Positions 1 through 10,002 of a stretch of 16,093 nt of DNA are shown here, piece after piece. Each line of letters starts with the position of its first letter. The first letter of the stretch is position 1. A program made the position numbers and the translations under genes. The stretch spans positions 1 through 16,093 of the forward strand of contig JBIKLL010000064.1 of the NCBI GenBank assembly GCA_044359815.1, in the 5' to 3' direction. This DNA comes from Pseudobdellovibrionaceae bacterium (GTDB taxonomy: Bacteria > Bdellovibrionota > Bdellovibrionia > Bdellovibrionales > Bdellovibrionaceae). The notes under the pieces are model-generated. The model was not told the DNA's origin, made no database searches, and saw nothing but the letters and a program-made list of their open reading frames with translations.

Positions 1-101
1 CCTCTGTCATCGCCTGGGGCTGTGTCATCCCCTTTTGTGCCTTCCCAAATTCCTGCTAAATGTTTTAAGGGTCCCAATAGCTGCAGTTCTTCTGCTGTCA
101 T
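1..101 (-). CDS. Partial CDS (N-terminus only; runs off the left edge), likely nitrobindin/THAP4-like heme-binding beta-barrel (DUF1794-type) protein
   Basis: Not in the ORF track. Manual translation from ATG at 101 gives MTAEELQLLGPLKHLAGIWEGTKGDDTAPGDDR. LGPLxxLAGxWEGxKG is the typical N-terminal motif of this family. A GGGGG Shine-Dalgarno (SD)-like run lies 7 nt upstream. Confidence 0.7.
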   Translation of the reverse strand, partial: MTAEELQLLGPLKHLAGIWEGTKGDDTAPGDDR

Positions 102-186
102 AAAATTTCCCCCGAATTTTTATTTATAAATCTATTTTTACCCGCGGCTTTGATCCAGGGTCAAGCTCAGTGTGGGAAGTTGATTT

Positions 187-1089
187 TCAATTTAAAAATG
201 CGGCGCCAATAACGCCGGCCGAATCACCCAGCTCGGGTTTTAAAATCAATGGGACATATTTTTTCAAAAAAGGTCTGCCCTTTATGGCTTCATTCAGAAT
301 GGGATAAATCTGCACCTGATTGGAAATCCCACCACCCAACACCAGATAATGAGGATCAAACAACGTCGCCAGATTGGCAAAAAACACAGTCAGATGTTCG
401 ATAAAATCCGCTATAATTTTTTGGCTTGCCTGATCCTGCTTTAAAAAAATATCCGCAGAAGATTTGCGGACTCCTGTGGTTTCAAAATAAATGCTTTCAA
501 TTGCCGGACCTGATACGTAACTTTCAACACACCCCTTACGTCCACAATAGCAACTTCTGCCATCACTGACTAAAAGCGAATGACCGATTTCTCCGCCACC
601 ACCATGGGCCCCTGACAAAATCTTGCCGCAATGATAAACTCCACCACCGCAACCAGTTCCTAAGATAATTCCTATGGCGATTTGATCAGATATTTTAATT
701 TTATTTTCCCTTTGAAATTTAAGACCTGCCCCCATTTGCACTTCTGCCAGCGCAAAACAGTTAGCATCATTTTCAACTTTGAAAGGAGCTTTAAAAATCT
801 GGGACAAATCTGATTTTATATCTGGCCCCACCCAGGCTTGAGTGTTTCCCTCAATCATCCTTAAGGTTTCAGGATGGATGGTTCCGGGCAAACCCAATCC
901 CACTGAGTGTTTTTTATTGTCGATTTTTACTAAGGCCTTAGCATACAGTTCTTCAATAACTGACAAAATATGCTGATAACCCTTTTCGCGTTCAGTTTTT
1001 TTACGCTCACGCAAAATGATTTTGCTATCAGCATCCAGGACGGCCACTTCTATTTTGGTGCCGCCCACGTCATAGCCAATTCGAAACAT
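187..1089 (-). CDS. ROK family sugar kinase (Mak/fructokinase-like)
   Basis: N-terminal GYDVGGTK ATP-binding motif, ENDANCFALAE, ILGTGCGGG, GEIGH and the zinc motif CYCGRKGCVE. There is no N-terminal HTH, so a kinase rather than a repressor. Confidence 0.92.
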   Translation of the reverse strand: MFRIGYDVGGTKIEVAVLDADSKIILRERKKTEREKGYQHILSVIEELYAKALVKIDNKKHSVGLGLPGTIHPETLRMIEGNTQAWVGPDIKSDLSQIFKAPFKVENDANCFALAEVQMGAGLKFQRENKIKISDQIAIGIILGTGCGGGVYHCGKILSGAHGGGGEIGHSLLVSDGRSCYCGRKGCVESYVSGPAIESIYFETTGVRKSSADIFLKQDQASQKIIADFIEHLTVFFANLATLFDPHYLVLGGGISNQVQIYPILNEAIKGRPFLKKYVPLILKPELGDSAGVIGAAFLN

Positions 1090-1106
1090 CGGTGCTTAAC
1101 CTATCT

Positions 1107-3293
1107 TCATTGGTAAAACTTGCGATTAGTTTTAGCCATCTGATTTAATGGATTGGCTGGTTTTAACCTGGCCCTACCCTTAGCTGCATAAACTTCCAAT
1201 TGATCAGCGATGTATTTTGCACTGACAGCATCAGCATATTTCAACAATCCACCTCTGAATGGAGGAAACCCTGTACCTGTGATCATGGCCAAATCAACTT
1301 CATGAGGAGTTTCGACAATGCGATCCTCAATTAATGCCAATGAGCATTCATTCACCATGGCAAACACACCTCGTTCGATGCATTCTTTAGTGGTTAATGG
1401 ATTTGAAGGGCTGGATAATCCCAAGGCCGAATAAATGCTGGTATCAACTCCTGTGGATTTTCTGCGGTCGTCGTACAGGTAAAAACCTTTTTTGTTTTTC
1501 TTGCCCAATCGTCCGCTGGATTCCAGTTTTTCCATGCAAGCGGCGGTTTCAATACGAGCACCAAAAGATTTTTTGAAAATCTTTAAAACCTTCACGCAAA
1601 CGTCCAGACCCACTTCATCCATCAAAGCAAAAGGCCCCATGGGCATACCAAAATCTTTAACATAGGCCGTATCCACAGTTTTGATGTCCATGCCTTCTTC
1701 CAATAAAAACAAGGCTTCTGACATGTATGGCAACAGCAAACGGTTTACTAAAAATCCGGGACCGTCCTTGACCACAACTGGCAATTTCCCCATTTTTTTA
1801 GCCGCTTCAAAAACTGTGACGACAGTTTCATCACTGGTTTTTGGACCTCTGATGACTTCCACTAACGGCATCATATTCACTGGATTGAAAAAGTGCATCC
1901 CTGCGAAATATTCTGGTTTTGGATGAGCCTCGGCCATTTCGGTCACACTGAGCGAGCTAGTATTAGTCGCTAAAATTGCATCAGCTCTCATGTTGGCAAC
2001 AGCTTCAGCAATGACTTTCTTTTTGACATCCATATTTTCAACAATGGCTTCAACAACCAGATCACAGGTTTTAAATCCGCTCCAATCCAGTGTGCCGCTA
2101 ACACGGTCCATTTTTTGATTGAGCTCGTATTTATCAATACTGCGACGTCTTAGCAGTTTTTCCCAAATTTCACGAGCGTGTGATAAACCCAAACGAATCG
2201 CATCCCAAGAAATATCTTTCATGCGAACATCGATACCCTTATCAGCAGAGATATAGGCAATCCCTCCGCCCATAGTGCCGGCACCCAGGACTCCTAATTT
2301 TTTAACTTCTTTTGCTTTGACTGATGTATTAGCCACTCCAGAGGTTTTTTTAACACCTTCCATCAGATAAAAAACATGGATCAAATTTTTAGAAACATCA
2401 GTGATTGCACATTCACCAAAAGCCGCACGCTCAATACCCATGGCTTTTTCTCGGTCGCTCATGCCATAGGTTTTTGAAATCACTTCGATGGCTTTGATTA
2501 CGGCAGGATAGTGTCCATGAGTTTTTGAAAGCACGGATTTTTTAGCTTGTGAAAAAACAATGGGCTTTCCGATAAACGAATGCATAAACTTTTCGCCAGC
2601 AGATTTTGCCTGAAAATATTTTTTACGTTTTTTTGCGCCTTGTGAAATAATGTCTTTAGTGAATTTTAATGTGAATTCCTCAAGCTGTGATGGATGAACC
2701 ACCTTATCAACCAATCCCATGTTTTTAGCTTTTTTAGGATTAACCAATTTCCCCGCTAAAATAATATCTAAAGCGTTTGGCAGTCCAATAACCCTAGGCA
2801 ATCGCACGCAACCACCAAAGCCTGGGATGATTCCCAGTTTAGTTTCTGGCAAACCGATGCGGGTTGATGAATCTTCGCTCGCAATCCTATAATCACAGGC
2901 CAAAATAAATTCACAACCACCACCTGCACAAGCTCCGTTAATGGATGCGATCGTCGGCATTGGTAAATCCTCAAGCTCATCAAAAATCCCCTGGCCACCG
3001 CTGACGGCTTTTTCAACCTGTTCTTTGGTGGTTAAATTTTTAATTTCTTCGATGTCGGCACCTGCAATAAAGATTTTTTCTTTACCGCTTTTAAAAATCA
3101 CAGCTTTATAAGGAGATTTTTTAAGATCCTGCAAAACTTCTTTCAGTCTCATCATCACTGCCGAAGAAAGCTTGTTAACCTTTTCTCCGACCAAGTCTAA
3201 AACCACTACTGCAATATCCCCTTGAGGAATGACCTTAACACTTTCTTGAATGCTCATCTTTGATGTCTCCGGTTTATGTTTTGTTAATTCCAT
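1107..3293 (-). CDS. fadJ: Fatty acid oxidation complex alpha subunit (enoyl-CoA hydratase / 3-hydroxyacyl-CoA dehydrogenase), FadJ-like
   Basis: Crotonase motifs FIAGADI, GGGCEFILAC and LPETKLGIIPGFGG. Dehydrogenase motifs GAGTMGGG, TNTSSL, HFFNPV and PGFLVNR. ATG 3293 has an AGGGG SD; an alternative ATG at 3257 (MSIQ) has GGAG upstream. Confidence 0.93.
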   Translation of the reverse strand: MELTKHKPETSKMSIQESVKVIPQGDIAVVVLDLVGEKVNKLSSAVMMRLKEVLQDLKKSPYKAVIFKSGKEKIFIAGADIEEIKNLTTKEQVEKAVSGGQGIFDELEDLPMPTIASINGACAGGGCEFILACDYRIASEDSSTRIGLPETKLGIIPGFGGCVRLPRVIGLPNALDIILAGKLVNPKKAKNMGLVDKVVHPSQLEEFTLKFTKDIISQGAKKRKKYFQAKSAGEKFMHSFIGKPIVFSQAKKSVLSKTHGHYPAVIKAIEVISKTYGMSDREKAMGIERAAFGECAITDVSKNLIHVFYLMEGVKKTSGVANTSVKAKEVKKLGVLGAGTMGGGIAYISADKGIDVRMKDISWDAIRLGLSHAREIWEKLLRRRSIDKYELNQKMDRVSGTLDWSGFKTCDLVVEAIVENMDVKKKVIAEAVANMRADAILATNTSSLSVTEMAEAHPKPEYFAGMHFFNPVNMMPLVEVIRGPKTSDETVVTVFEAAKKMGKLPVVVKDGPGFLVNRLLLPYMSEALFLLEEGMDIKTVDTAYVKDFGMPMGPFALMDEVGLDVCVKVLKIFKKSFGARIETAACMEKLESSGRLGKKNKKGFYLYDDRRKSTGVDTSIYSALGLSSPSNPLTTKECIERGVFAMVNECSLALIEDRIVETPHEVDLAMITGTGFPPFRGGLLKYADAVSAKYIADQLEVYAAKGRARLKPANPLNQMAKTNRKFYQ

Positions 3294-3305
3294 TATTTCC
3301 CCTTT

Positions 3306-4649
3306 TTAAGCTTCAGCTTCTAAAATCAAAGCTCCGCCCTGGCCGCCACCAATACAAAGTGTTGCCAGACCAAACTGAACTTTTCGTCTTTGCATTTCTT
3401 TGGCCAATGTCACAACGATTCTGGTACCTGTTGCACCCACTGGATGTCCAAAAGCGATGGCTCCACCGTTGACATTTAAAATACTGTCATCCAAGGTGCC
3501 GACTTTTTTAGAAAGACCTAATTTGTTTTTTGCAAACTCGTCTGAATTAAAGGCCGCCTGACAAGCCAAAACTTGTGCCGCGAAAGCTTCATTCAGTTCG
3601 ACTAAACCAATATCTTTAAAATCAATTCCAGCACGCTTTAAGGCCACCGGTGTCGAATACACAGGCCCCAGCCCCATGCGTTCAGGCTCTAATCCTGCAA
3701 ATCCATAACTTTTGATTTTAGCAATGGGCTTCATACCTAAACTCTGTGCTCGCTCACGAGACATCAACAGACACATGGCTGCCCCGTCAGTGATCGGGCA
3801 AGAGTTCCCCGCCGTGATAGATCCTGTTTCACGATCAAAAAACGGTCGCAATTTAGCCAAAGCTTCCAGTGATTGATTGTCCCGAGGACCTATATCAGCA
3901 GAAAGAGTTTCTGTGTATTTTGGTGGGATGCTAATGGGCACGATTTCTTGCGCCATTTTTCCCTCTTTGATGGCCTTTGAAGCCAACTGATGACTTCTGA
4001 GTGCAAACTTGTCTTGAGTTTCGCGGGATAAATGAAATTCTTTTGCTAAAATTTCTGCCGTTTGTCCCATGTTGATGCCCTTAAATGGATCCGTCAGTCC
4101 CTGCATCACAGAAATCACCGGGAAATAGGGATCCCGTTGATTACCAGTCAACAATGCTTTTATTTGACTCATATCCGCTTTAAATAATTTGTACAACAAT
4201 GGCAGTGCTTGCCCAGGCCCTTTTGCAATAAATAGTTTTCCAAAAATTTCTTCGATTTTTTTAGGCATTAATATCGGCAGTTGGCTCATGTTTTCGGTGC
4301 CACCACAAACCACCACATCCATGGTGCCTGATTTGATTTTTTCATAACCATTGGTGATGGACTCTAAAGCCGAAGCGCAATTTCTATGAACTGTGTAAGC
4401 CGACGTTTTCTGCGGAACACCTGCGTTCAGCGCAACGACTCTTGATATATTAACTGCATCCGGAGGATTTCCAGTATTGCCGATAATCACTTCGTCAATC
4501 TGATTCACATCTAAATTAGTGCGATTAATCAGTTCCTTCAATGCCACTTTACCCAGCTCTGCTGGATGCACTGATTTAAGATTTGTTCCCGCTTTTGCAA
4601 AAGGGGTACGATAGCCATCTACCAACACGACGTCTCTGGGTGAACTCAT
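3306..4649 (-). CDS. fadI: 3-ketoacyl-CoA thiolase (FadI-like beta subunit)
   Basis: GYRTPF, catalytic NCASA, NEAFA, GHPVGATG and CIGGGQG motifs. AGGAG SD. Lies 12 nt from the fadJ-like gene. Confidence 0.92.
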   Translation of the reverse strand: MSSPRDVVLVDGYRTPFAKAGTNLKSVHPAELGKVALKELINRTNLDVNQIDEVIIGNTGNPPDAVNISRVVALNAGVPQKTSAYTVHRNCASALESITNGYEKIKSGTMDVVVCGGTENMSQLPILMPKKIEEIFGKLFIAKGPGQALPLLYKLFKADMSQIKALLTGNQRDPYFPVISVMQGLTDPFKGINMGQTAEILAKEFHLSRETQDKFALRSHQLASKAIKEGKMAQEIVPISIPPKYTETLSADIGPRDNQSLEALAKLRPFFDRETGSITAGNSCPITDGAAMCLLMSRERAQSLGMKPIAKIKSYGFAGLEPERMGLGPVYSTPVALKRAGIDFKDIGLVELNEAFAAQVLACQAAFNSDEFAKNKLGLSKKVGTLDDSILNVNGGAIAFGHPVGATGTRIVVTLAKEMQRRKVQFGLATLCIGGGQGGALILEAEA

Positions 4650-4675
4650 AGGATTCTCCTTTTTTTCAAGATGTA

Positions 4676-4705
4676 ATGATATCTACAAGCAGGATGATTG
4701 AGCAA
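4676..4705 (-). promoter_or_regulatory. Candidate sigma70 promoter for fadI-fadJ-ROK
   Basis: Minus strand reads TTGCTC-N18-TATCAT, upstream of the AGGAG SD. Motif match only. Confidence 0.35.
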
Positions 4706-4748
4706 GTCTCTGAGCTCTCACTCACTGCATTACTAACTGAACAAAGAA

Positions 4749-4778
4749 ATGACTAAGAACCTTAAATTTTACTACAAT
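4749..4778 (+). promoter_or_regulatory. Candidate sigma70 promoter for maeB-hflX
   Basis: ATGACT-N18-TACAAT followed by an AAGGAGG SD at 4794-4800. Motif match only. Confidence 0.4.
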
Positions 4779-4804
4779 GATTTTTTCAGGACCAAGGAGG
4801 GACC

Positions 4805-7123
4805 ATGGCCGTCGACACTGTCATTCCAACAAATCCAGCTCAGATGGATAAAGAAGCCTTAGAATTTCACTCTATGGGGAAGCCCGGAAAAATCGAAGTC
4901 AATGCTTCAAAAAGCACCAATACCGAAAAAGCCTTAAGCCTTGCGTATTCGCCTGGCGTGGCGGCTCCATGTAAAGCCATTTTTAAAGATCCCTCAAAAG
5001 TTTTTGACTACACGGCAAAGGGTAATTTGGTTGCGGTGATTTCAAACGGCACAGCGGTTTTAGGTTTGGGAAACATCGGCCCATTGGCCTCAAAGCCTGT
5101 GATGGAAGGCAAAGGCATATTATTTAAGCAATTTGCTGGGATCGATGTTTTTGATATCGAACTCAACGCCAATGAGGTCGAGCTTTTTATAAGCACAGTC
5201 AAAGCTTTGGAACCAACATTTGGTGGAATTAATTTAGAAGACATCAAAGCCCCTGAATGTTTTGAAATCGAAGAGCGCTTAAAAAAAGAAATGAAAATCC
5301 CGGTCTTTCATGATGATCAACATGGGACTGCTATTATTTCTGGCGCAGCCTTATTGAATGCTTGTGAGCTGACCAACAAAAAAATGTCTGACATTAAAAT
5401 AGTCGTGAATGGTGCAGGAGCAGCGGCTATTTCGTGTTCAAAAATATTTGTTTCACTGGGTGCAAAAAAACAAAACATAATTATGTGTGACTCAAGCGGC
5501 GTGATTTACAAAGGCCGCAAAGAGGGCATGAATCCCTACAAAGAACTGTTTGCTGTGGAAACAAAACTGCGCACACTTAAAGAATCACTTGAAGGCGCTG
5601 ATGTGTTTATCGGTCTGAGTGTTGCCGGAGCTGTGACTGAAGACATGATAAAACCCATGGCAAAAAATCCAATAATATTTGCCATGGCTAATCCCGATCC
5701 GGAAATTTTACCCCCCGTAGTTAAAAAGATCAGACCCGACGCCATCGTTGCCACGGGCAGATCGGATTTTCCAAACCAAGTTAACAATGTGTTAGGATTC
5801 CCTTCAATTTTTCGCGGAGCTTTGGACACCAGAGCCACTCAGATAAATGAAGAAATGAAATTAGCCGCCGTAAAATCCCTGGCTGCGTTAGCAAAACAGG
5901 ATGTGACTGAACAAGTTTCAGCGGCCTATGGTGGAAAAGCTTTTAAATTTGGTCCTGATTATTTAATCCCAAAACCTTTTGATACCAGGGTTTTACAGTG
6001 GGTTGCTCCAGCAGTTGCTAAAGCATCCATGGATTCAGGTGTGGCTCAAAAGAAAATCGAAAATTTTGATGATTACCGTTACAAGCTTGAGGCCTACCAA
6101 GGACCTGAAAAAATATTTATCCGCAGTGTGATTAATAAAATCCAATCAAACATTGCCGCGACTAAACACATCCCAAAAATTGTGTTTCCTGAGGGCGGCT
6201 CGACAAAAATTTTAAAAGCCCTTCAAAGCATAGTTGATGAAAAAGTTTGCGAGCCCATATTGTTGGGGAACCCTTCGCGGATCAAAGAAAAAATCAAAGA
6301 AATGCAGCTTGATAATTTAGGTCAGATTACAATTGTAAACCCTTGGGAAAGCGTCAGATTTAAAGCTTACGCTGAACATTTGTTTCAGCTGCGTTGCCGA
6401 AAGGGCGTGACGCTCAAAGAAGCCGAAAAACTGATGACCGATACTAATTATTATGCGGCGATGATGGTCGAAATGGGAGATGCCGACGGCATGGTGACCG
6501 GATCCACATCCAAATATGCCGAAGCCGTCAGACCGATTTTGCAAACTATTGGCCTAGCAAAAGATCAGGTTCCCTGTGGTGTAAATTTAATGCTCTTAAA
6601 TGACAGGATGCTGTTATTAGCCGACACCACCGTACACTTTGACCCAGACCCTACCCAGTTAGCCAAGATCTCGGTGCAATGTGCGCGAGTGATGGAATAT
6701 TTTGGCCAAGAACCTCGAATAGCTATGCTAAGTTTTTCTAATTTCAGCGGGTCATCTGGCACCCCTACCAAAATGAGACAGGCCGTAAGCTTGGCAAAAC
6801 AGCTTAAACCAGGTCTTAAGATCGATGGTGAAATGCAGTCTGACACTGCTGTGAATACCGAGATCATGAATCGCATTTTCCCCTTTTGTGAGCTGAAGGA
6901 AAGTGCTAACATATTAGTATTCCCGAACTTGGAAAGTGCGAATATTTCGTACAAGCTGCTTCAGCAATTGGGAAAAGGAGAGGTCATAGGACCGTTTTTG
7001 TTAGGGGTCAGAAGATCTGCAAATATCCTGCAAAGAACCACGACCGTGGACACTATCGTAAATTCTGTTGTGCTGACATCGCTGGAAGCACAAGTCATTC
7101 TTGAAAGAAAACAAAAGAGGTAA
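4805..7123 (+). CDS. maeB: NADP-dependent malic enzyme fused to a phosphotransacetylase-like domain
   Basis: [49 protein letters not shown] and [13 protein letters not shown] in the malic enzyme part. C-terminal PTA-like domain with IVFPEG, DGEMQSD and [14 protein letters not shown]. 772 aa; AAGGAGG SD. Confidence 0.96.
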   Translation: MAVDTVIPTNPAQMDKEALEFHSMGKPGKIEVNASKSTNTEKALSLAYSPGVAAPCKAIFKDPSKVFDYTAKGNLVAVISNGTAVLGLGNIGPLASKPVMEGKGILFKQFAGIDVFDIELNANEVELFISTVKALEPTFGGINLEDIKAPECFEIEERLKKEMKIPVFHDDQHGTAIISGAALLNACELTNKKMSDIKIVVNGAGAAAISCSKIFVSLGAKKQNIIMCDSSGVIYKGRKEGMNPYKELFAVETKLRTLKESLEGADVFIGLSVAGAVTEDMIKPMAKNPIIFAMANPDPEILPPVVKKIRPDAIVATGRSDFPNQVNNVLGFPSIFRGALDTRATQINEEMKLAAVKSLAALAKQDVTEQVSAAYGGKAFKFGPDYLIPKPFDTRVLQWVAPAVAKASMDSGVAQKKIENFDDYRYKLEAYQGPEKIFIRSVINKIQSNIAATKHIPKIVFPEGGSTKILKALQSIVDEKVCEPILLGNPSRIKEKIKEMQLDNLGQITIVNPWESVRFKAYAEHLFQLRCRKGVTLKEAEKLMTDTNYYAAMMVEMGDADGMVTGSTSKYAEAVRPILQTIGLAKDQVPCGVNLMLLNDRMLLLADTTVHFDPDPTQLAKISVQCARVMEYFGQEPRIAMLSFSNFSGSSGTPTKMRQAVSLAKQLKPGLKIDGEMQSDTAVNTEIMNRIFPFCELKESANILVFPNLESANISYKLLQQLGKGEVIGPFLLGVRRSANILQRTTTVDTIVNSVVLTSLEAQVILERKQKR

Positions 7124-7124
7124 A

Positions 7125-8387
7125 TTGAACAAGTCGATAATCAGAGTATCGGATAGAGCTATAGTTGTCGGTGTCGGTTTAAAAACTGAACCCACATCTG
7201 AAATTAAAGAGAACCTTTTGGAACTCGAAGAGCTTGTTGGTGCAGCTGGTGGCGAAGTCGTCGGTTCAGTTGTTCAAATTTTACCTCAATATAATCCAGC
7301 AACCCTGATTGGTACTGGAAAAGTCGAAGAAATCAAACAGATGGTGATCGATGCTAACGCTCAACTGGTGGTTTTGGATCATCAATTGTCTGGCGTGCAA
7401 TCCCGAAATTTAGCCGAGCAAGTTGGTTGTAAAATCCTGGATCGAAATCAATTAATCTTGGATATTTTTGCCCAGCGTGCTCAGACCTATGAGGGAAAAC
7501 TGCAGGTAGAGCTGGCGCAAATGTTGGATCAATTGCCACGCATGGTGGATGCCTGGCTTGGATCGCTGTCCCGTCAGGGCGGTGGTATCGGAACCAGAGG
7601 TCCAGGTGAAACGGCCCTTGAACAAGATCGAAGACGGATTCGCGAACGAGTCAGCGTGATCAAAAAAAAGCTGGATGACGTTTCCAGTAATCGCGCCCGT
7701 CACAGAAATTCCCGACGCAAGCACGAGGTCCCCAGTTTTGCGATGATTGGTTACACCAACAGTGGTAAAAGTTCGCTTTTAAATCGCCTGACCGGATCAC
7801 AAGTGATTGTCAAAAACCAAGTGTTCGCGACATTGGACCCAACAACGCGAAAAGTGTTTTTACCCGATGGTCCCCCTGCTGTTGTCACAGATACTGTGGG
7901 ATTTATCAGAAAACTTCCCACACAGTTGATCGAAGCATTTAAAGCAACGCTTGAAGAAAGCGCCGAAGCCGATGTTTTGATGCATGTGGTGGATTTATCA
8001 TCGCCCAATATGCTCAGACAGGTAGAGGTTGTGGACGAACTGATCAAAGAATTTAACTGGACTGATAAAAAAATCATCCATGTTTTTAACAAGGTCGACG
8101 TGGCACCATTGGAAAGACAATTTCAAGTCAAAGAACACCCTAGGGTTTTCGTCAGTGCCCTGACTGGGCAAGGCATTGAACAGCTGAAAAAGCTGATGAC
8201 TGAAATGATTAATTCTATCCAAGAAAGTGTTGAATTATTTTTTCCGCATACAGAGGAATACAAAATCTACGACCTGTCCCGTGAAAACCGAATCATCCGC
8301 AAAGAGTCAGCCTCGGAAGGTGTGGTTTGTTACGCCCAAATGTCGCCAGCCCAAATCACCCGCTGGAAAGACTACCTGGTAAAATAG
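7125..8387 (+). CDS. hflX: Ribosome-associated GTPase HflX
   Basis: IGTGK, LILDIFAQRA, EGKLQVELAQ, GGGIGTRGPGE, G1 GYTNSGKS, FATLDPT, DTVGFI, NKVD and VSA. Start moved to TTG 7125 because of the AAGAGG SD at 7115-7120, one base after the maeB stop. Confidence 0.96.
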   Translation: MNKSIIRVSDRAIVVGVGLKTEPTSEIKENLLELEELVGAAGGEVVGSVVQILPQYNPATLIGTGKVEEIKQMVIDANAQLVVLDHQLSGVQSRNLAEQVGCKILDRNQLILDIFAQRAQTYEGKLQVELAQMLDQLPRMVDAWLGSLSRQGGGIGTRGPGETALEQDRRRIRERVSVIKKKLDDVSSNRARHRNSRRKHEVPSFAMIGYTNSGKSSLLNRLTGSQVIVKNQVFATLDPTTRKVFLPDGPPAVVTDTVGFIRKLPTQLIEAFKATLEESAEADVLMHVVDLSSPNMLRQVEVVDELIKEFNWTDKKIIHVFNKVDVAPLERQFQVKEHPRVFVSALTGQGIEQLKKLMTEMINSIQESVELFFPHTEEYKIYDLSRENRIIRKESASEGVVCYAQMSPAQITRWKDYLVK

Positions 8388-8410
8388 GTCGATTGTCAAA
8401 AGCATGCGGC

Positions 8411-9841
8411 TCACCACCGACTGAAATCAAGAAGGTTTGGGAATTCCTGTGGGCAAGTAAACATACGTTCAGTTAAAAGCTTCACGCTTTCAAGGTATTT
8501 TTGCGTGCTTGAAAGATCCTTGTTATTGGATAATTCAATTGCCTTCAGATCAAAATAGTTTGCGCCTTGTTCAAACCTCAGATTTTTCAAAATGACTTTG
8601 CCAGTTTGACCAACCGGTATTTGACACTTTTGATTAGGAACAAATTTGAGGCTAAAACCATTTTCAGTATCTGGCGCCAATTCTGCGGAAAGCTGCCCTT
8701 TACTACTTTGTACAAGCAAACCCTTCATCTCTCGAGTATTACTATCAATGCGAAGTTTTGGATTATATGAAACACCTAATCGAAATGTATCATTTACTTT
8801 GCAAATTTCAGTTTCTGGATTTTCAACTGTAACAACTGAAGCTTCGATACTTAAAATCTGAAGTGGAGGTGCGAATAACATTGCACCTGGATTAACGCAG
8901 GTGAAATCACCCTCCATGCAGTAGTTTATTGAAGTGCTGTAAGCATCCTCCATTGTCTCTTTCGGACCTTTAACTTTAATTTTTTCGCTATGTAATTTGT
9001 AATTTTCTAATTTTATTTTAATATCGCATTCGTTTTTCGAATTTGTAAATTGGCAAGTTTTGTCCTTAGCGAATTGCTCATTAACAACTTCTACTATGTC
9101 ACATTTCGAGGGATTAGGATCATCCACCCATTCACATTTGGCAGAACCCAACTCGCCTCCGGATTTAATAAAATGCTCAGTCTGAAATTTCCACCCCTCT
9201 ACGTCCGCAGTGATTTCAGTTCCGTTATGCGTGATTCCATCCCAACCATTTACCCCACAAGCGGAACTCTGCGCGCCCTCGGAACTGCAACCCGTTGGCA
9301 AATTACAACTGACACCAGTCCATGGGAATGGTGATTTGGGTGGCACCCACATAAGTCTTTTGCCGACCCTAGAAACCGGAGTGGTTGGTGGTGTGGGTAC
9401 AACAGGTGGAACCGGTTTATTGACAGCCGCCACGGGTCCGAAATTTGTTTTTGACCTGGGTGATTTAAATGCAAACATTTGCGATACCTGTTTCTGATCG
9501 GCGCAATCCTTGGTCAGGCAAGCCTTGAATTTCACACATTTGACCATTCCAGTGCAGGTCATATCGATATTTTCACGAGAGACTTTTTCAGTGTTGGACA
9601 TTGCCGGAACTTGTTTTGGCGCTGCCAACCATTTCTGTGGAGTTTTATCAGTCGGCTGCACTGTTGACACATGCACTTTTTGACTTTCTATAGAAGGAAC
9701 AGACAATCCTTGGGCAATGCCAGCTGAGCTCATTTGGATGAGCACCAAAATAAATACGAAAAGAGTTTTTTGAAGCTGACGTTCCACAGCTAACTGATCG
9801 GAAGTCCTGCAAAATACTTGAGCGAAATACGGAGTTTTCAA
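8411..9841 (-). CDS. Hypothetical exported Cys-rich protein with a Pro/Thr-rich linker
   Basis: 476-codon ORF. Hydrophobic signal-like stretch KTLFVFILVLIQMSSAGIA, so the true start may be GTG 9787. 16 Cys follow the signal; linker KPVPPVVPTPPTTPV. Confidence 0.75.
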   Translation of the reverse strand: MKTPYFAQVFCRTSDQLAVERQLQKTLFVFILVLIQMSSAGIAQGLSVPSIESQKVHVSTVQPTDKTPQKWLAAPKQVPAMSNTEKVSRENIDMTCTGMVKCVKFKACLTKDCADQKQVSQMFAFKSPRSKTNFGPVAAVNKPVPPVVPTPPTTPVSRVGKRLMWVPPKSPFPWTGVSCNLPTGCSSEGAQSSACGVNGWDGITHNGTEITADVEGWKFQTEHFIKSGGELGSAKCEWVDDPNPSKCDIVEVVNEQFAKDKTCQFTNSKNECDIKIKLENYKLHSEKIKVKGPKETMEDAYSTSINYCMEGDFTCVNPGAMLFAPPLQILSIEASVVTVENPETEICKVNDTFRLGVSYNPKLRIDSNTREMKGLLVQSSKGQLSAELAPDTENGFSLKFVPNQKCQIPVGQTGKVILKNLRFEQGANYFDLKAIELSNNKDLSSTQKYLESVKLLTERMFTCPQEFPNLLDFSRW

Positions 9842-10002
9842 AGATCCAGATCAAAACGAGACACCCGATTCTGTCTAAAAGCAGGCAGAATTTTCAAATG
9901 TTCGGCGATACCCCTAAAGCTTAAGAGTTTGTCCTTCACAAAATTAAGCAGGTTGCCTATATCTGCAGCTCTTTGATGTTTCTTGCTTTAGCTGGAGGAT
10001 CT

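Noticed and set aside
7101..7124. ORF-track start of hflX at 7101
   Set aside because: It overlaps maeB without an SD; TTG 7125 has AAGAGG just upstream.
1681..8222. Short antisense or alternate-frame ORFs inside fadJ, fadI, maeB and hflX
   Set aside because: They overlap well-supported conserved genes and show no recognisable motifs.
9210..9497. Plus-strand ORF containing GVVGGVGTTGGTG, resembling the lipoprotein repeat
   Set aside because: It is the antisense reading of the Pro/Thr linker of the 8411-9841 gene; the similarity follows from Pro/Gly codon complementarity.
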